37,922 bases of DNA from an uncultured Gammaproteobacteria bacterium (GCA_964636855.1 CAZWVD010000002.1:1-37922), one strand, 5' to 3'; positions 1-8,920 are shown, counted from the stretch's first letter. Notes: generated by a model from the letters alone, not told the origin. Numbers and translations: made by a program.

Positions 1-234
1 TGCAAAGCTCGATGCTCCGAATCTACAAACAGTCGGTGGAGACTTGTCTGTCTACAGCGATGCAAAGCTCGATGCTCCGAATCTACAAACAGTCGGTGGA
101 GACTTGTCTGTCTACGGCAGTGCAAAGCTCGATGCTCTACAAACAGTCGGTGGAGACTTGTATGTCTACAGAGATGCAAATCTCGATGCTCCTGCTCTAC
201 AAACAGTCGGTGGAAACTTGTATGTCCGCAGTAA
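1..234 (+). repeat. Tandem coding repeat: units 1-60, 61-120, 121-174 (54 nt), 175-234, degenerating to about 270
   Basis: Direct reading: tgcaaagctcgatgct(ccgaat)ctacaaacagtcggtggagacttgtctgtctac... repeats head to tail. It encodes an 18-20 aa period GDLSVYxxAKLDAPxLQTVG in frame 2. Confidence 0.95.
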
Positions 235-739
235 TGTAAAGCTCGAGGCTCCGAATGCTAGGTATAACTGCACCGAAGCAGGGACCTTTTGTAATAAAGC
301 CTTGGAAAACTCATTTAAAAAACAAGGCTTAATAAAAGCCGATGGAATTTTAACTTGGATTAACTCAGAAGAGACGTTAGACGGTATCACTATTTATAAT
401 GTAACAATTGTTGGCAAAACAAAGCCAAGCTTTTTAGTTCGCAAGGGTGACACGTTCGCTCACGGCGAAACGCTTGAAGAAGCAAAGCTTGATTTAGAGT
501 TTAAGTGTGGCCCAAGGGACACATCTCATTACAAAACTTGGAATATCGAAGAACAAAAACCAATTTTGGAGATGGTCTTGGCATACCGTCGAATTACGGG
601 CGCATGTCGCAGCGGCGTTGCTGAGTTTTTAAGACAGCTTAAGGAGAGAAAAGAAACGTACTCGATGAGCGAAGTTGTTAGGTTAACCAAAGGTCGCTAT
701 GGGCACGAAGAGTTTAAAGATTTTGTGGGGTATAAATGA
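2..739 (+). CDS. 3' part of junction-spanning repeat protein (LRR-like 20-aa repeats plus globular C-terminal domain); 5' part is 37698..37922
   Basis: Frame 2 is open from nt 2 (AKLDAPNLQTVGGDLSVYS...). It is the same frame as listed ORF 44..739, with stop TGA 737-739. It joins in frame to 37698..37922 if the 16-nt terminal overlap is collapsed. Confidence 0.8.
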   Translation, partial: AKLDAPNLQTVGGDLSVYSDAKLDAPNLQTVGGDLSVYGSAKLDALQTVGGDLYVYRDANLDAPALQTVGGNLYVRSNVKLEAPNARYNCTEAGTFCNKALENSFKKQGLIKADGILTWINSEETLDGITIYNVTIVGKTKPSFLVRKGDTFAHGETLEEAKLDLEFKCGPRDTSHYKTWNIEEQKPILEMVLAYRRITGACRSGVAEFLRQLKERKETYSMSEVVRLTKGRYGHEEFKDFVGYK

Positions 740-936
740 AATGTATTTTCACAGGGCTAATATTTTTCTGGTTGTTTCTTAATATCTTTACGTTCGTATG
801 CGGGTTCGGGCAAAGAACTATAGACCTCAATAATGGCTTTGAGTCTAAGGGCTGCATTCGTATTACGAGACTCTCGTATGTGTTTCCAGGGTTTAAGCTT
901 GGATGCTACATGGCAGAGCCGTTGGAGGAGAATTAA
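736..936 (+). CDS. Small membrane protein (66 aa)
   Basis: ATGA start/stop overlap with the upstream gene. Hydrophobic segment IFTGLIFFWLFLNIFTFVCGF. Confidence 0.55.
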   Translation: MKCIFTGLIFFWLFLNIFTFVCGFGQRTIDLNNGFESKGCIRITRLSYVFPGFKLGCYMAEPLEEN

Positions 937-1121
937 TGAGCGACGAAAAGGGTGGGGAGTACATATTTGGCGGCTTTATTTTCGCTTCTGTTTTATGGTT
1001 TCTTGTTTTATGTGCATTTACGACTTGCAAGTCTAACGTAACAAGCGAAAGACAATTTATTATGAGAGATGCTACTTATAAATGCATCAAGACAAATGAA
1101 CTAAAGGTGGGAGAAGAATGA
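936..1121 (+). CDS. Small membrane protein (61 aa)
   Basis: ATG 936 lies 5 nt after GGAGGAG (924-930), with a TAATG overlap on the upstream stop. TM-like FGGFIFASVLWFLVLCAF. Same frame as listed ORF 903..1121. Confidence 0.6.
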   Translation: MSDEKGGEYIFGGFIFASVLWFLVLCAFTTCKSNVTSERQFIMRDATYKCIKTNELKVGEE

Positions 1122-1278
1122 AAGTGAGACATCATATATGGAGATGTGTAGCATGACCAACCAGCAAGGAGTAGGGTGTGAGATTCGAGCAAGCAGTGAT
1201 AGCCGTAATTGTGGGCAACCTTATAACCTTTGTACTGTATTTAATTGCACAACTTATTATTAGATTGTGAGGAGTGAG

Positions 1279-1716
1279 ATGAGCGCGCAAGAAAAGAAAG
1301 AAGTGAGAGAGATTTGGGTCCAAAAAGGATCTTTCACAGATATATTTGTAAGTGACGCAATTGGTATGAAAGAGTTTAAAAATAAGCCGATTTTATTTAT
1401 AGAGAAGTCAGCCTACGACGAACTGCTCAAAGAGCGCGACGCTGCGATGGCTGAGCGGGATGCGCTTAAAAAAGAATTGAATGCGGCCAGAACTCTTGAC
1501 GCCATGATAGGAACGAATAAAGAAGTGTGTGATCTGCACGACGATGTTGAAGCATTAGAGGCAAAACTTGAGCAGCTAGAGAAAGACGCGCAGGGATTGG
1601 TTGAGGCGTTGGAGAATACTAGAAGCAAATTGATAGCAGAGTTTAGTCATCGTGTTTATGAAGTAAACTTTCCTGAGATTGATGAAGCCCTATCAAAAAT
1701 CAGAGAGGGGAAGTGA
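1279..1716 (+). CDS. Coiled-coil hypothetical protein (145 aa)
   Basis: ATG 1279 preceded by GAGGAG (1269-1274). Listed ORF 1267..1716 begins at an upstream GTG. The sequence is heptad-like and E/K/L/A-rich. Confidence 0.75.
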   Translation: MSAQEKKEVREIWVQKGSFTDIFVSDAIGMKEFKNKPILFIEKSAYDELLKERDAAMAERDALKKELNAARTLDAMIGTNKEVCDLHDDVEALEAKLEQLEKDAQGLVEALENTRSKLIAEFSHRVYEVNFPEIDEALSKIREGK

Positions 1717-1881
1717 ATGAGTAAGAAGGTTAGGAAGCCTAAGGACTTAAGCAAGTCTACTTTCGTCTATGAAATGTTCGGTCATATATACCTATTTGAT
1801 ACAGCTCTGAATATTAAAGAAGCAAAAGGTCTTCACGCCTGGCTCACGAAAGCAATCAAGTATTTAGAGGGTAAGAAATGA
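1717..1881 (+). CDS. Hypothetical protein (54 aa, below ORF-track cutoff)
   Basis: ATG 1717 directly follows stop 1714-1716, with G-rich GAGAGGGG upstream. Translated by hand: MSKKVRKPKDLSKSTFVYEMFGHIYLFDTALNIKEAKGLHAWLTKAIKYLEGKK. Confidence 0.5.
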   Translation: MSKKVRKPKDLSKSTFVYEMFGHIYLFDTALNIKEAKGLHAWLTKAIKYLEGKK

Positions 1882-2208
1882 AGGGAATGGTAGAGGTGAC
1901 AGGAGTTGGATTTTTTTAATATAAAATTTTAATCGGCGGTGTGGAAAGCTGTGGAGCGTGACGGTAGGGGAATGGGCTGGTCAACTGGGTCCAAGTAAAG
2001 TTCTAACTTTAGCAAGAAGCTACAGGAGTTGAGAGAGAAGAGCCCTGTTAAACGTAAACTGCCACTGGAGACACGCTAAAGATACCTGGAACAGGTTTGT
2101 ACCGTTGAGTGACCCAAAAGCGTTTAGATACGATAAGAGTCGCTAGCAGGAGTCGCGCCCTGCCCGATTTGACAGGCCGGAAAGACGGCCACTTTATAGG
2201 AGAGGGGA
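1882..2208 (+). promoter_or_regulatory. 327-nt untranslated gap inside the plus-strand operon, GGA-rich (13 GGA; three CAGGAG)
   Basis: No ORF of 60 aa or more on either strand. GGA hand-counted at 1884, 1902, 1908, 1943, 1953, 1969, 2025, 2067, 2088, 2149, 2179, 2199, 2206. Small hairpins acctg-gaa-caggt (2085-2097) and ggccg-gaaaga-cggcc (2176-2191). Confidence 0.3.
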
Positions 2209-2406
2209 ATGAAAATAGAAACAAAGTATAGCTATCAAAAAAGGATTAAAGAGCTTGAACAAGAAAATCGAGACCTTCGTTCAAATTATTTTTCTTATAG
2301 AGATGTTGTTATAAACATACATAATACAATTTGTGATGTCCTTTGTGACGACAAAGTTATACATCAAGGTTGGATACTCAAACAAATCGGAAGGCTTTTA
2401 AAATGA
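2209..2406 (+). CDS. Hypothetical protein (65 aa)
   Basis: ATG preceded by AGGAGAGGGG. Coiled-coil-like N-terminus. Confidence 0.65.
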   Translation: MKIETKYSYQKRIKELEQENRDLRSNYFSYRDVVINIHNTICDVLCDDKVIHQGWILKQIGRLLK

Positions 2407-2756
2407 CCTGGCGTGAGCGAGCGGAGAAATTGGCAGAACAAGCAGCAACATTTGAGTGTCTGGCTACCGACCATAAAGAAGTAGACGGAGTTGGGTTTCA
2501 TTGTTTTATGTCTGGCTTCGAAGCAGGCCGCAATGATGCGAGAGAAGAGGCGAAGGCGTTGGTTGAGGTGTTGGAGAAGATCACCAACAACATTGGTCAA
2601 GATGCCCTTCAGGTTCAACACGAAACTGTTTGGGGTGACCCAAAGAATGTTTCTGATAACTTAGATCAGTCACAGGAAAACATGGAGCGATGGTTTGGGC
2701 AGTTACGTGAAGCCCTAACCCAGTACCGAGAGAGTGTGAAGAGGGATAAGGCATGA
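2403..2756 (+). CDS. Hypothetical protein (117 aa)
   Basis: ATG 2403 overlaps the upstream stop (ATGA). Listed ORF 2370..2756 starts at an upstream TTG in the same frame. Confidence 0.7.
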   Translation: MTWRERAEKLAEQAATFECLATDHKEVDGVGFHCFMSGFEAGRNDAREEAKALVEVLEKITNNIGQDALQVQHETVWGDPKNVSDNLDQSQENMERWFGQLREALTQYRESVKRDKA

Positions 2757-2872
2757 GCGTGTGGTATCATGAGCGTTTAGATATACTAGCATATTTCTTT
2801 TGCACTGTTCCAAGTATATATGCAGATGCGCTTGAGTTTACCGGCTGGATTTACATGGGTGAGTTCGATTGA
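2753..2872 (+). CDS. Possible small ORF (39 aa)
   Basis: ATGA overlap with the upstream stop, GAGGGA 6 nt upstream. Hand translation: MSVWYHERLDILAYFFCTVPSIYADALEFTGWIYMGEFD. Confidence 0.35.
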   Translation: MSVWYHERLDILAYFFCTVPSIYADALEFTGWIYMGEFD

Positions 2873-2976
2873 TTTTTGAAGTGATGAGCGGCGAGACGGG
2901 AGATAGATGAAAATAAATGAGGATTTAATATTGCAGTTTGAGGAGAGTGTGAAGAAATGGGACACAAGATAAAAAC

Positions 2977-3954
2977 ATGAATATATATGGACTGCATCAA
3001 TCAATAGGAATGATTGCCATCTCTTTAGTAACAGGCTTTCTTGCGCTAAGAATATCTAAGTCATTTGCTGCAGCCTGTCTGTATACGCTACTAAGCGCTG
3101 CTTTTTCTCCACAATCACACTCTAGTGCCTATGCAATGATATCAGCTATCGGAGTTACAATAATAGTATTAACAATTGGAAGCCTACATTTGCATAAGGT
3201 TCTCTTGCTTACAATATCGCTTATAACAGCAAACTCTTTATTCGTTATATCTTTCGGATATGGGATGTTTAATGCAAGCTCTGTTGATAACTCTATTATT
3301 GCCATGGCGCTTCCACTTCTTTACTGGAAAGCTGAAATAATGAGAAGGAGCGAATCAGAAATGTGGTACGTTCCATATTTAGGCATCTTGATCGCACTTA
3401 TTTCAATAGTACTAACCCAAGGAAGCACTGCTTACTTTGTAATCATTGCGGCAATTATAGGATGGAATATGAAGCGAATCCGCAAGGTGTCTATGTTTGC
3501 CTTCCCAATATTATCAGTTTTCGCGCTTGGGTTCCTAACTCAAGATTCTAGCTTTTTGGATTCTAATGGACGTGTTGAGAAATGGATACTGTTTATGAAT
3601 TGGTGGAGAGACAACGCCAATGTATGGATAGGCACTGGAACTGGAACATTTTGGTGGCGTGGACCGGCAATACAGGGTGGAACAAGCGGACTTTTCACAT
3701 TTATGCATAACGAGTACCTACAGGCTGTCTTTGAGCAAGGAATAATAGGCTCAACAATATACCTAACACTATTTATTGATTGCGTAAGGAAGTCTTGGCA
3801 TAACAACGCTCTCCGTGCCACAATGGGAGCATTGTCTGTGGTTATGCTTACTCAATTTCCTTTTCGTTTCTTTGCCTCACAGCTATTTATAGTAGTTCTT
3901 ATAAGATTCATTAATGAGCAGTGGAGGCTAGAGCATGGTCGAAAACACAAATGA
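2977..3954 (+). CDS. O-antigen ligase/polymerase-like (Wzy_C-type) polytopic membrane protein
   Basis: Multiple TM segments. The signature FMHNEYLQAVFEQGIIGSTIYLTLF resembles the H-N-x-Y-L...E-x-G-I-x-G motif of the O-antigen ligase/polymerase family. Confidence 0.65.
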   Translation: MNIYGLHQSIGMIAISLVTGFLALRISKSFAAACLYTLLSAAFSPQSHSSAYAMISAIGVTIIVLTIGSLHLHKVLLLTISLITANSLFVISFGYGMFNASSVDNSIIAMALPLLYWKAEIMRRSESEMWYVPYLGILIALISIVLTQGSTAYFVIIAAIIGWNMKRIRKVSMFAFPILSVFALGFLTQDSSFLDSNGRVEKWILFMNWWRDNANVWIGTGTGTFWWRGPAIQGGTSGLFTFMHNEYLQAVFEQGIIGSTIYLTLFIDCVRKSWHNNALRATMGALSVVMLTQFPFRFFASQLFIVVLIRFINEQWRLEHGRKHK

Positions 3955-4159
3955 TAACTCAGAGTTTGCTAAAATAATTGATAGCATTAACACTAACAGA
4001 CAAAAACACATTGATATTTTTGTAAACGCGTTTCTTGCTCAAAATGCGCCAAAAGACTTTGACTTGTCGTGGCTAAAAAGTAACGTGATATTAAATACCA
4101 AGACATGGGTTGAAAACGGACAATGCCGCGAGCAATACTGGATCGAGATCAATAACTAA
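3935..4159 (+). CDS. Hypothetical protein (74 aa)
   Basis: Listed ORF with a start overlapping the upstream gene end. No recognisable motif. Confidence 0.55.
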   Translation: MVENTNDNSEFAKIIDSINTNRQKHIDIFVNAFLAQNAPKDFDLSWLKSNVILNTKTWVENGQCREQYWIEINN

Positions 4160-4194
4160 TTGTAATTTACTCTATCTTAACAAATAATAACATC

Positions 4195-6051
4195 ATGTCG
4201 ATTACATCAAGTTTTGATTTCGGATCGTCATCTAGCTTCTCTCTGTCGCAGGCCATAATTCAGGGCAGCGAGGGATCGCTGGATCATGAGGATACACTAT
4301 TAACGTGGGACGAAGATTTTGCGGACGATACCGATTTTTCTTACGATAATGCCAAGGCAGAATTTGTTGGCGGATTGGTTAGGGCAAAAGATCTTAGGGT
4401 TTCAAGCTCCGTTCTTGGGGCGACATATACTTCTTCAAAGAATTTAAGCTGGTCGCAAAGCGGGTCACTTAGCGCCACAGACGTTGGCACGCCTGCTTTG
4501 AATTCAGGTAAGCTAGAGTGCATTGGCGGTGGAAATAACGCTGTAAGGTATGAAAACTCAGATATTGGCGCGCCTGGTAATGTTGGAGCAATGAGAGTAA
4601 AATATACTCCTAATTACTCTGGTACTCCAGCAACGAATTGCAATATTTTTGAATTCGCGCCTCTAGCTGGCAATAACGACAGAATGGTTGTCTTTCACTC
4701 GTCGACAGGCACGGTTAGGTTAACTGCATATACATCTATTGGCACAATTAAGCATTCTGCGGTCGCGTTTAGCGCGTCCCCCTGGTCGCCATCCGCTGGC
4801 GTCGAGTACGAATTTGAGTTAGACTGGGATACCGTTGCAGGAGCTGTACGTCTCTTTATTAACGGCATCCTACTAGGATCAATGCCAGTGTCGTCATACG
4901 CGAGAGGAACAGATGCCGTTAGAATGTATATAGGGGCTGGAGCGGTTTATCCTGTCGCAGACGCATCATTTGACGATGTGCTTTTATTTAGCACAGTACA
5001 GCATACCTCAAACTATACACCTGGCTATTCGGTCATAGAATCAATTTATGCGACAAGTAAAATTGATCTTCCAACGCACACTCATACTGTGCCAGGACAG
5101 GACATAAGCGCACTAATAGCGCTTGCCGTTGTCGCTACTGGATCGCCAAGATATATTATTGAAGGAAAATATTGGAACGGTCTTTCTTGGGCGACATCAA
5201 ACGGATCATATTCTCAGGCAAATAGCCTAGAAGATGTTAATACGAATCTATCTAGCCTTGGCCTTACAACAGGCGACAACACAATTGACGCATCCGTTGT
5301 GTTTCCAGATTCGAACACGCTTGCTTCAATAGATAACTTGGCTATTCAGCACATGGCCGGAACACATTATGAATCCGGATCAATTGAAACTGGTTCTGCG
5401 TTATCTATTCAAAGTATTGAAAGCTTTTCTGCATCTGTGTCAGAAACATTGAGCACAACAATAAGGTTTCAACTAAGAATTGATGGATCTCTAAAATATC
5501 ATAACGGGTCTGCATGGGTATCTTCTGACGGCACAGTCACACAAGGAAACACTGCGGCCCAGATAAACAGTAACATTGGAACCCTCGCACTTGGGGCAAA
5601 CTCAAGTATAAAAGTTAGAATAGCAATGGAGACATCTGACATAACTGTTTCCCCATCAATTGACTCCATGACAATTATTTATGATTTCGGAGGCATATTA
5701 GACACACCGGAAACATGCATAGTTTGGGGATATTATCTCGACATCGCCGGAAACCCGGTTGCCGATGCAAGCGTCACTTTTCAACTAAAAAGATCTAACA
5801 AAAAAGAATATAAAGAGGCAAACAGCAACATAGTGGAAAAAAAGGTTACTGTTACAACAGACTTGAACGGATATTTTGAAACTCCACTAATAAGGAGCAG
5901 TGAGTTCGAAGGTGGCGGTACATATATTCTTTCAATAGAGAAAAGCAGTGACACACTAAACACTAGTAAATCTGGCTCAGATACAGCGCTGGAGTTTACC
6001 GTACCAGATGCCATTGACAAAAATATAACAGATCTGTTAACAGCCGCATGA
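4195..6051 (+). CDS. LamG/concanavalin-like domain protein, probable virion or receptor-binding accessory protein
   Basis: The segment AVRLFINGILLGSMPVSS...VRMYIGAG...ASFDDVLLFSTV is typical of Laminin_G_3-type domains. The C-terminal beta-rich region (CIVWGYYLDIAGNPVADASVTFQL...TDLNGYF) is as seen in phage fibre/collar proteins. Confidence 0.6.
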   Translation: MSITSSFDFGSSSSFSLSQAIIQGSEGSLDHEDTLLTWDEDFADDTDFSYDNAKAEFVGGLVRAKDLRVSSSVLGATYTSSKNLSWSQSGSLSATDVGTPALNSGKLECIGGGNNAVRYENSDIGAPGNVGAMRVKYTPNYSGTPATNCNIFEFAPLAGNNDRMVVFHSSTGTVRLTAYTSIGTIKHSAVAFSASPWSPSAGVEYEFELDWDTVAGAVRLFINGILLGSMPVSSYARGTDAVRMYIGAGAVYPVADASFDDVLLFSTVQHTSNYTPGYSVIESIYATSKIDLPTHTHTVPGQDISALIALAVVATGSPRYIIEGKYWNGLSWATSNGSYSQANSLEDVNTNLSSLGLTTGDNTIDASVVFPDSNTLASIDNLAIQHMAGTHYESGSIETGSALSIQSIESFSASVSETLSTTIRFQLRIDGSLKYHNGSAWVSSDGTVTQGNTAAQINSNIGTLALGANSSIKVRIAMETSDITVSPSIDSMTIIYDFGGILDTPETCIVWGYYLDIAGNPVADASVTFQLKRSNKKEYKEANSNIVEKKVTVTTDLNGYFETPLIRSSEFEGGGTYILSIEKSSDTLNTSKSGSDTALEFTVPDAIDKNITDLLTAA

Positions 6052-6112
6052 TTCAGTTTTCTCTTTGGATATTAACATTCGTTCTGATGATTCACTTGAT
6101 ATCTAAAAAACA

Positions 6113-6138
6113 AAGGCCCTGAGAAATCCCAGGGCCTT
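6113..6138. terminator. Bidirectional intrinsic terminator between convergent genes
   Basis: 9-bp stem aaggccctg (6113-6121) / cagggcctt (6130-6138) with an 8-nt loop. A-run upstream and T-containing tail downstream. It sits between the + gene ending 6051 and the - gene ending 6183. Confidence 0.75.
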
Positions 6139-6182
6139 ATAAGCATAACAAGAAACTTGGAGTAAAATGGCGTCTATAATTA

Positions 6183-7067
6183 TTACGCCTTAACGTGCCT
6201 GATGTCAAATACTCCGTTCTTAACAGAGTCATACAGAAGCTTTGCTTTCGCCTCTAGCTCGCTGAATGCCTTTTCTGCAAATCCAATCGGTAGCCCAGAT
6301 GCCTTACATTTAAAAGCATCAATCTCAAACAACTCTCCATTGCCGCGCTTCTGGGCCATTACAATACAACCAAACTCTGGTGAAACGTCTGTGCTCGCGC
6401 CAATTCTAACAGTTGTAGACCCGGTATTAATCGGACGAACATCAAACGTTGCTGTGTCGCCTGTTGTCATGCCAATTGTTCCAGAGCCTCCAGAGAACCT
6501 AAGCCCTAGGCTTGCAACGTCTGTGTTTGAGCCAGAAGTAATTGTTTGCGCCGAAGCTAAAAGTTTAAGCGCATCGTCTTGAAACTCAACGTCTGTGCCT
6601 CTGGTTAAATCAATATCGGTAGAACCATAAATGTCCACAGTTGTTGCGCTCGCAACCTTTACAACGTACTTACCAAACTTTAAATCCGCAGCCCCTGTTG
6701 ATGGAATCACAGCAACCGAAGCTATACCAGTTGATGCGTCCATTGTGCTTGTGCCGTTTTTGTTAGTTAGAGATGAAACGTTTCCACTTGTCTCTGCCGA
6801 GTTTGTAGTTACGGCCTTTCCTAAGAAAAGCTCGAAAACAAAGTCTGGGTATTCTGCAAACTTCAAGCTCATCTCAGAAGTAATCTTTCCGTCCTCTGTT
6901 GCCCACGGGAATCTATTAGATCCGCCAGTAAGCTCGACAAGCTCTGCAGATAATGAAATTGACGAATCTTTAAGAACCCTAGCAATTCCATAAGGAAGTC
7001 CCGTTGTTCTGCTATATGGCGTCACGGAATGAACACCATATATTACTCTTGGATCTGATAAAGACAT
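6183..7067 (-). CDS. Putative major tail (tube) protein
   Basis: Last gene of the head/connector operon. 294 aa, beta-rich, S/T/G-rich. The call rests on position and composition only. Confidence 0.5.
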   Translation of the reverse strand: MSLSDPRVIYGVHSVTPYSRTTGLPYGIARVLKDSSISLSAELVELTGGSNRFPWATEDGKITSEMSLKFAEYPDFVFELFLGKAVTTNSAETSGNVSSLTNKNGTSTMDASTGIASVAVIPSTGAADLKFGKYVVKVASATTVDIYGSTDIDLTRGTDVEFQDDALKLLASAQTITSGSNTDVASLGLRFSGGSGTIGMTTGDTATFDVRPINTGSTTVRIGASTDVSPEFGCIVMAQKRGNGELFEIDAFKCKASGLPIGFAEKAFSELEAKAKLLYDSVKNGVFDIRHVKA

Positions 7068-7077
7068 ATAGCCCCCT

Positions 7078-7269
7078 TTAAATTACTTTCTCTGTTTTTA
7101 AGTTATCGTAATAAATGGCCGGTACATCTGAAATGTCCTCGCCCTCTTTAATCTCTCTAAAATATCCGTTTTGACATATTACAAATTCCTTCTTAGCTAT
7201 CAGATACGGCTCACAGTCCTTTTCAATCTCATGCTCAAATTGCTCCGGAGATGGCCTCTTTTTTCTCAT
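7078..7269 (-). CDS. Hypothetical protein (63 aa)
   Basis: Listed ORF, tightly packed in the operon; its start overlaps the stop of the upstream gene 7266..7745. Confidence 0.6.
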   Translation of the reverse strand: MRKKRPSPEQFEHEIEKDCEPYLIAKKEFVICQNGYFREIKEGEDISDVPAIYYDNLKTEKVI

Positions 7270-7745
7270 GCTAAGCCCCCTGACAAAACAACACCAGCAA
7301 CTCTATAAGATTTGGTCTGGTTAAGGTCTGTGTAATCTTGTGGTGGGATTGATTCTATTTTAAACTTTATTTTCTGACTATTCGTCGAATCCCAATACTT
7401 TTCAAAAACTCGTTCCATGGCTCGACCATAACGAAACATTCTCTTAACCTGATTCAACTGGTTTTGCTTAGACGCGCTTACAATTAGCGCCGTTATTGAA
7501 TAGTCTTTTGACGTAGCAGGCCCCTGTCCTACTGTTTTAATATCCATACATTGAATAAAAACAAACTCACTGTAGTTCATTATCTTGTCGTCAAGACTCT
7601 GAACTGCGTAAGCGTTACTACCTATTGTAGCAAGGGACAGACCGTCATTCTTTTCCGTAGATATTGCAGAGATCTCTGTATTAAGCCTAAGCTTTAAAAA
7701 AGCCTCTACTTCGTACATTAATGCCTCAAGATCATATATAGCCAT
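7266..7745 (-). CDS. Head-tail connector / tail terminator-like protein (by position)
   Basis: 159 aa. Start shares 1 nt (7745) with the upstream gene's stop codon. Lies between the morphogenesis protein and the tail tube candidate. Confidence 0.5.
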   Translation of the reverse strand: MAIYDLEALMYEVEAFLKLRLNTEISAISTEKNDGLSLATIGSNAYAVQSLDDKIMNYSEFVFIQCMDIKTVGQGPATSKDYSITALIVSASKQNQLNQVKRMFRYGRAMERVFEKYWDSTNSQKIKFKIESIPPQDYTDLNQTKSYRVAGVVLSGGLA

Positions 7746-8293
7746 TATTTCGCCCCTTGTTTGTTCAAGGCTTGCTGCATATAGCTATCAATAATGTTCA
7801 CCCATCTGGTTGATTCATTTCTCATCTCTGTAGGGGCAATTTGTTCTGCGCCAATAAATACAACCGGACGAAATGGCAATGTTTCCCTTGCTCCGGAAGC
7901 CTGATGATAAAAAGCGTATGGGACCTTTGTTCCAAGAAACAAAGCGTTCTTGTTCACTATTAAATTAACAGAATCGGGATGGGTTGGATTTGTTAGCGAA
8001 TCCTCAAGGCGACCGCTAGCCCTCATCATGGGATATAGAAATCCAAACTGTTTTTGCTTTCTTTTCTTTGCTAGCTCTCTTCTAGTAACGTCTCCATAAA
8101 CAATCGTGTTCGGAGAAAATCCGCCATAGTCAGGATATTTGCCAGGACTCTTCAGAATAAAAATAGATCTATTGGCACGAAACCAAGACTTTGCGATCAA
8201 TGTAAATGGTACGGTAAGGTTTAAGCCAGCATCTTTTGCTCGCTTAAGCGCATCTCTAACTGAGCCTGTTACATCTACCTCTACCCTTAACAC
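7745..8293 (-). CDS. Virion morphogenesis / head-tail joining protein (Mu gpG-like)
   Basis: ASGRLEDSLT...LFLGTKVPYAFYHQASG...LPFRPVVFIG resembles the sG.L..S...vGt.v.YA..Hq.G...RPF pattern of the phage virion morphogenesis family. Confidence 0.55.
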   Translation of the reverse strand: MLRVEVDVTGSVRDALKRAKDAGLNLTVPFTLIAKSWFRANRSIFILKSPGKYPDYGGFSPNTIVYGDVTRRELAKKRKQKQFGFLYPMMRASGRLEDSLTNPTHPDSVNLIVNKNALFLGTKVPYAFYHQASGARETLPFRPVVFIGAEQIAPTEMRNESTRWVNIIDSYMQQALNKQGAK

Positions 8294-8733
8294 TACCAGT
8301 TGTCCTCGTCTTTATAGAAAACTCGCTCTATATTGTTGCTTGAAACATACGATTTAACCCCGGAGTCCGAGCTAGCAAGTGTTGCCCCTATTAGTGGAAT
8401 GTCGCCAGCGGCAATCTGATCCAACATTTTTCTAGCAAGAGACGCCATGTCGGTCTTAACGTCCTGGTCTATTTCGGCCCTGACATTCTTAACCTCCAGA
8501 ATATATTTTATTCTAGACGCTACAAGCCATGTGCTGATTTGCTTTAAAAGCAAAAGCGCCGATGCCCCTGCGGTTACCGGCACTGAATACTTAACTGATA
8601 TTCTTGCATCAATCTCGGCATCGGACTGAGAAATAAAATCCTCAACCTCAGTGGTTCCAACGGAAGCGTCAGACTCACTAAAGTTAATGCTTTTAAATTC
8701 AGATTGAATGTCTGAAACTTCAGCGTATGACAT
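8293..8733 (-). CDS. Head-tail connector protein, DUF1320 / Mu gp36-like
   Basis: Pattern ...DFISQSDAEIDARISVKYSVPV...LLKQISTWLVASRI...QIAAGDIPL matches my recollection of the gp36/DUF1320 family. Confidence 0.55.
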   Translation of the reverse strand: MSYAEVSDIQSEFKSINFSESDASVGTTEVEDFISQSDAEIDARISVKYSVPVTAGASALLLLKQISTWLVASRIKYILEVKNVRAEIDQDVKTDMASLARKMLDQIAAGDIPLIGATLASSDSGVKSYVSSNNIERVFYKDEDNW

Positions 8734-8909
8734 TAATCATCTTTCTTAGGCTTTTTTGACTTAGGCTCCTCCACTTTTGGAGCTTCCATCAATTCAGCAA
8801 GTCCTCTTTTAACAAGATCATTGGCAAGCTTTTCGTCAAGATCCATAAGACCTGGCTTTAAAACTTCCGAACGACCGACCTTAACTAGTCCCTTAACCAA
8901 TACCTTCAT
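8733..8909 (-). CDS. Small hypothetical protein (58 aa, below ORF-track cutoff)
   Basis: ATG 8909 preceded by CAGGAGGATCT, a strong SD. Stop TAA shares 1 nt with the next ATG (8733). Hand translation: MKVLVKGLVKVGRSEVLKPGLMDLDEKLANDLVKRGLAELMEAPKVEEPKSKKPKKDD. Confidence 0.7.
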   Translation of the reverse strand: MKVLVKGLVKVGRSEVLKPGLMDLDEKLANDLVKRGLAELMEAPKVEEPKSKKPKKDD

Positions 8910-8920
8910 AGATCCTCCTG

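Noticed and set aside
12-239. Listed 75-aa ORF (MLRIYKQSVETCLST... repeated) across the tandem repeat
   Set aside because: It is an alternative frame of the same 60-nt repeats. The frame-2 reading is the one that continues into a long ORF to 739 and joins in frame with 37698..37922. The repetition alone explains why this frame stays open.
1-270. Possible CRISPR array because of regular ~60-nt direct repeats at both window ends
   Set aside because: The units abut each other with no unique spacers. They are imperfect and lie inside an open reading frame that encodes a 20-aa periodic protein.
6202-6993. Antisense ORFs 6202..6582 and 6631..6993 (+) opposite the major tail candidate
   Set aside because: They are shadow ORFs of an S/T/G/A-rich gene with low-complexity translations. 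They have no SD or start context, and they would break a tightly coupled minus-strand operon.
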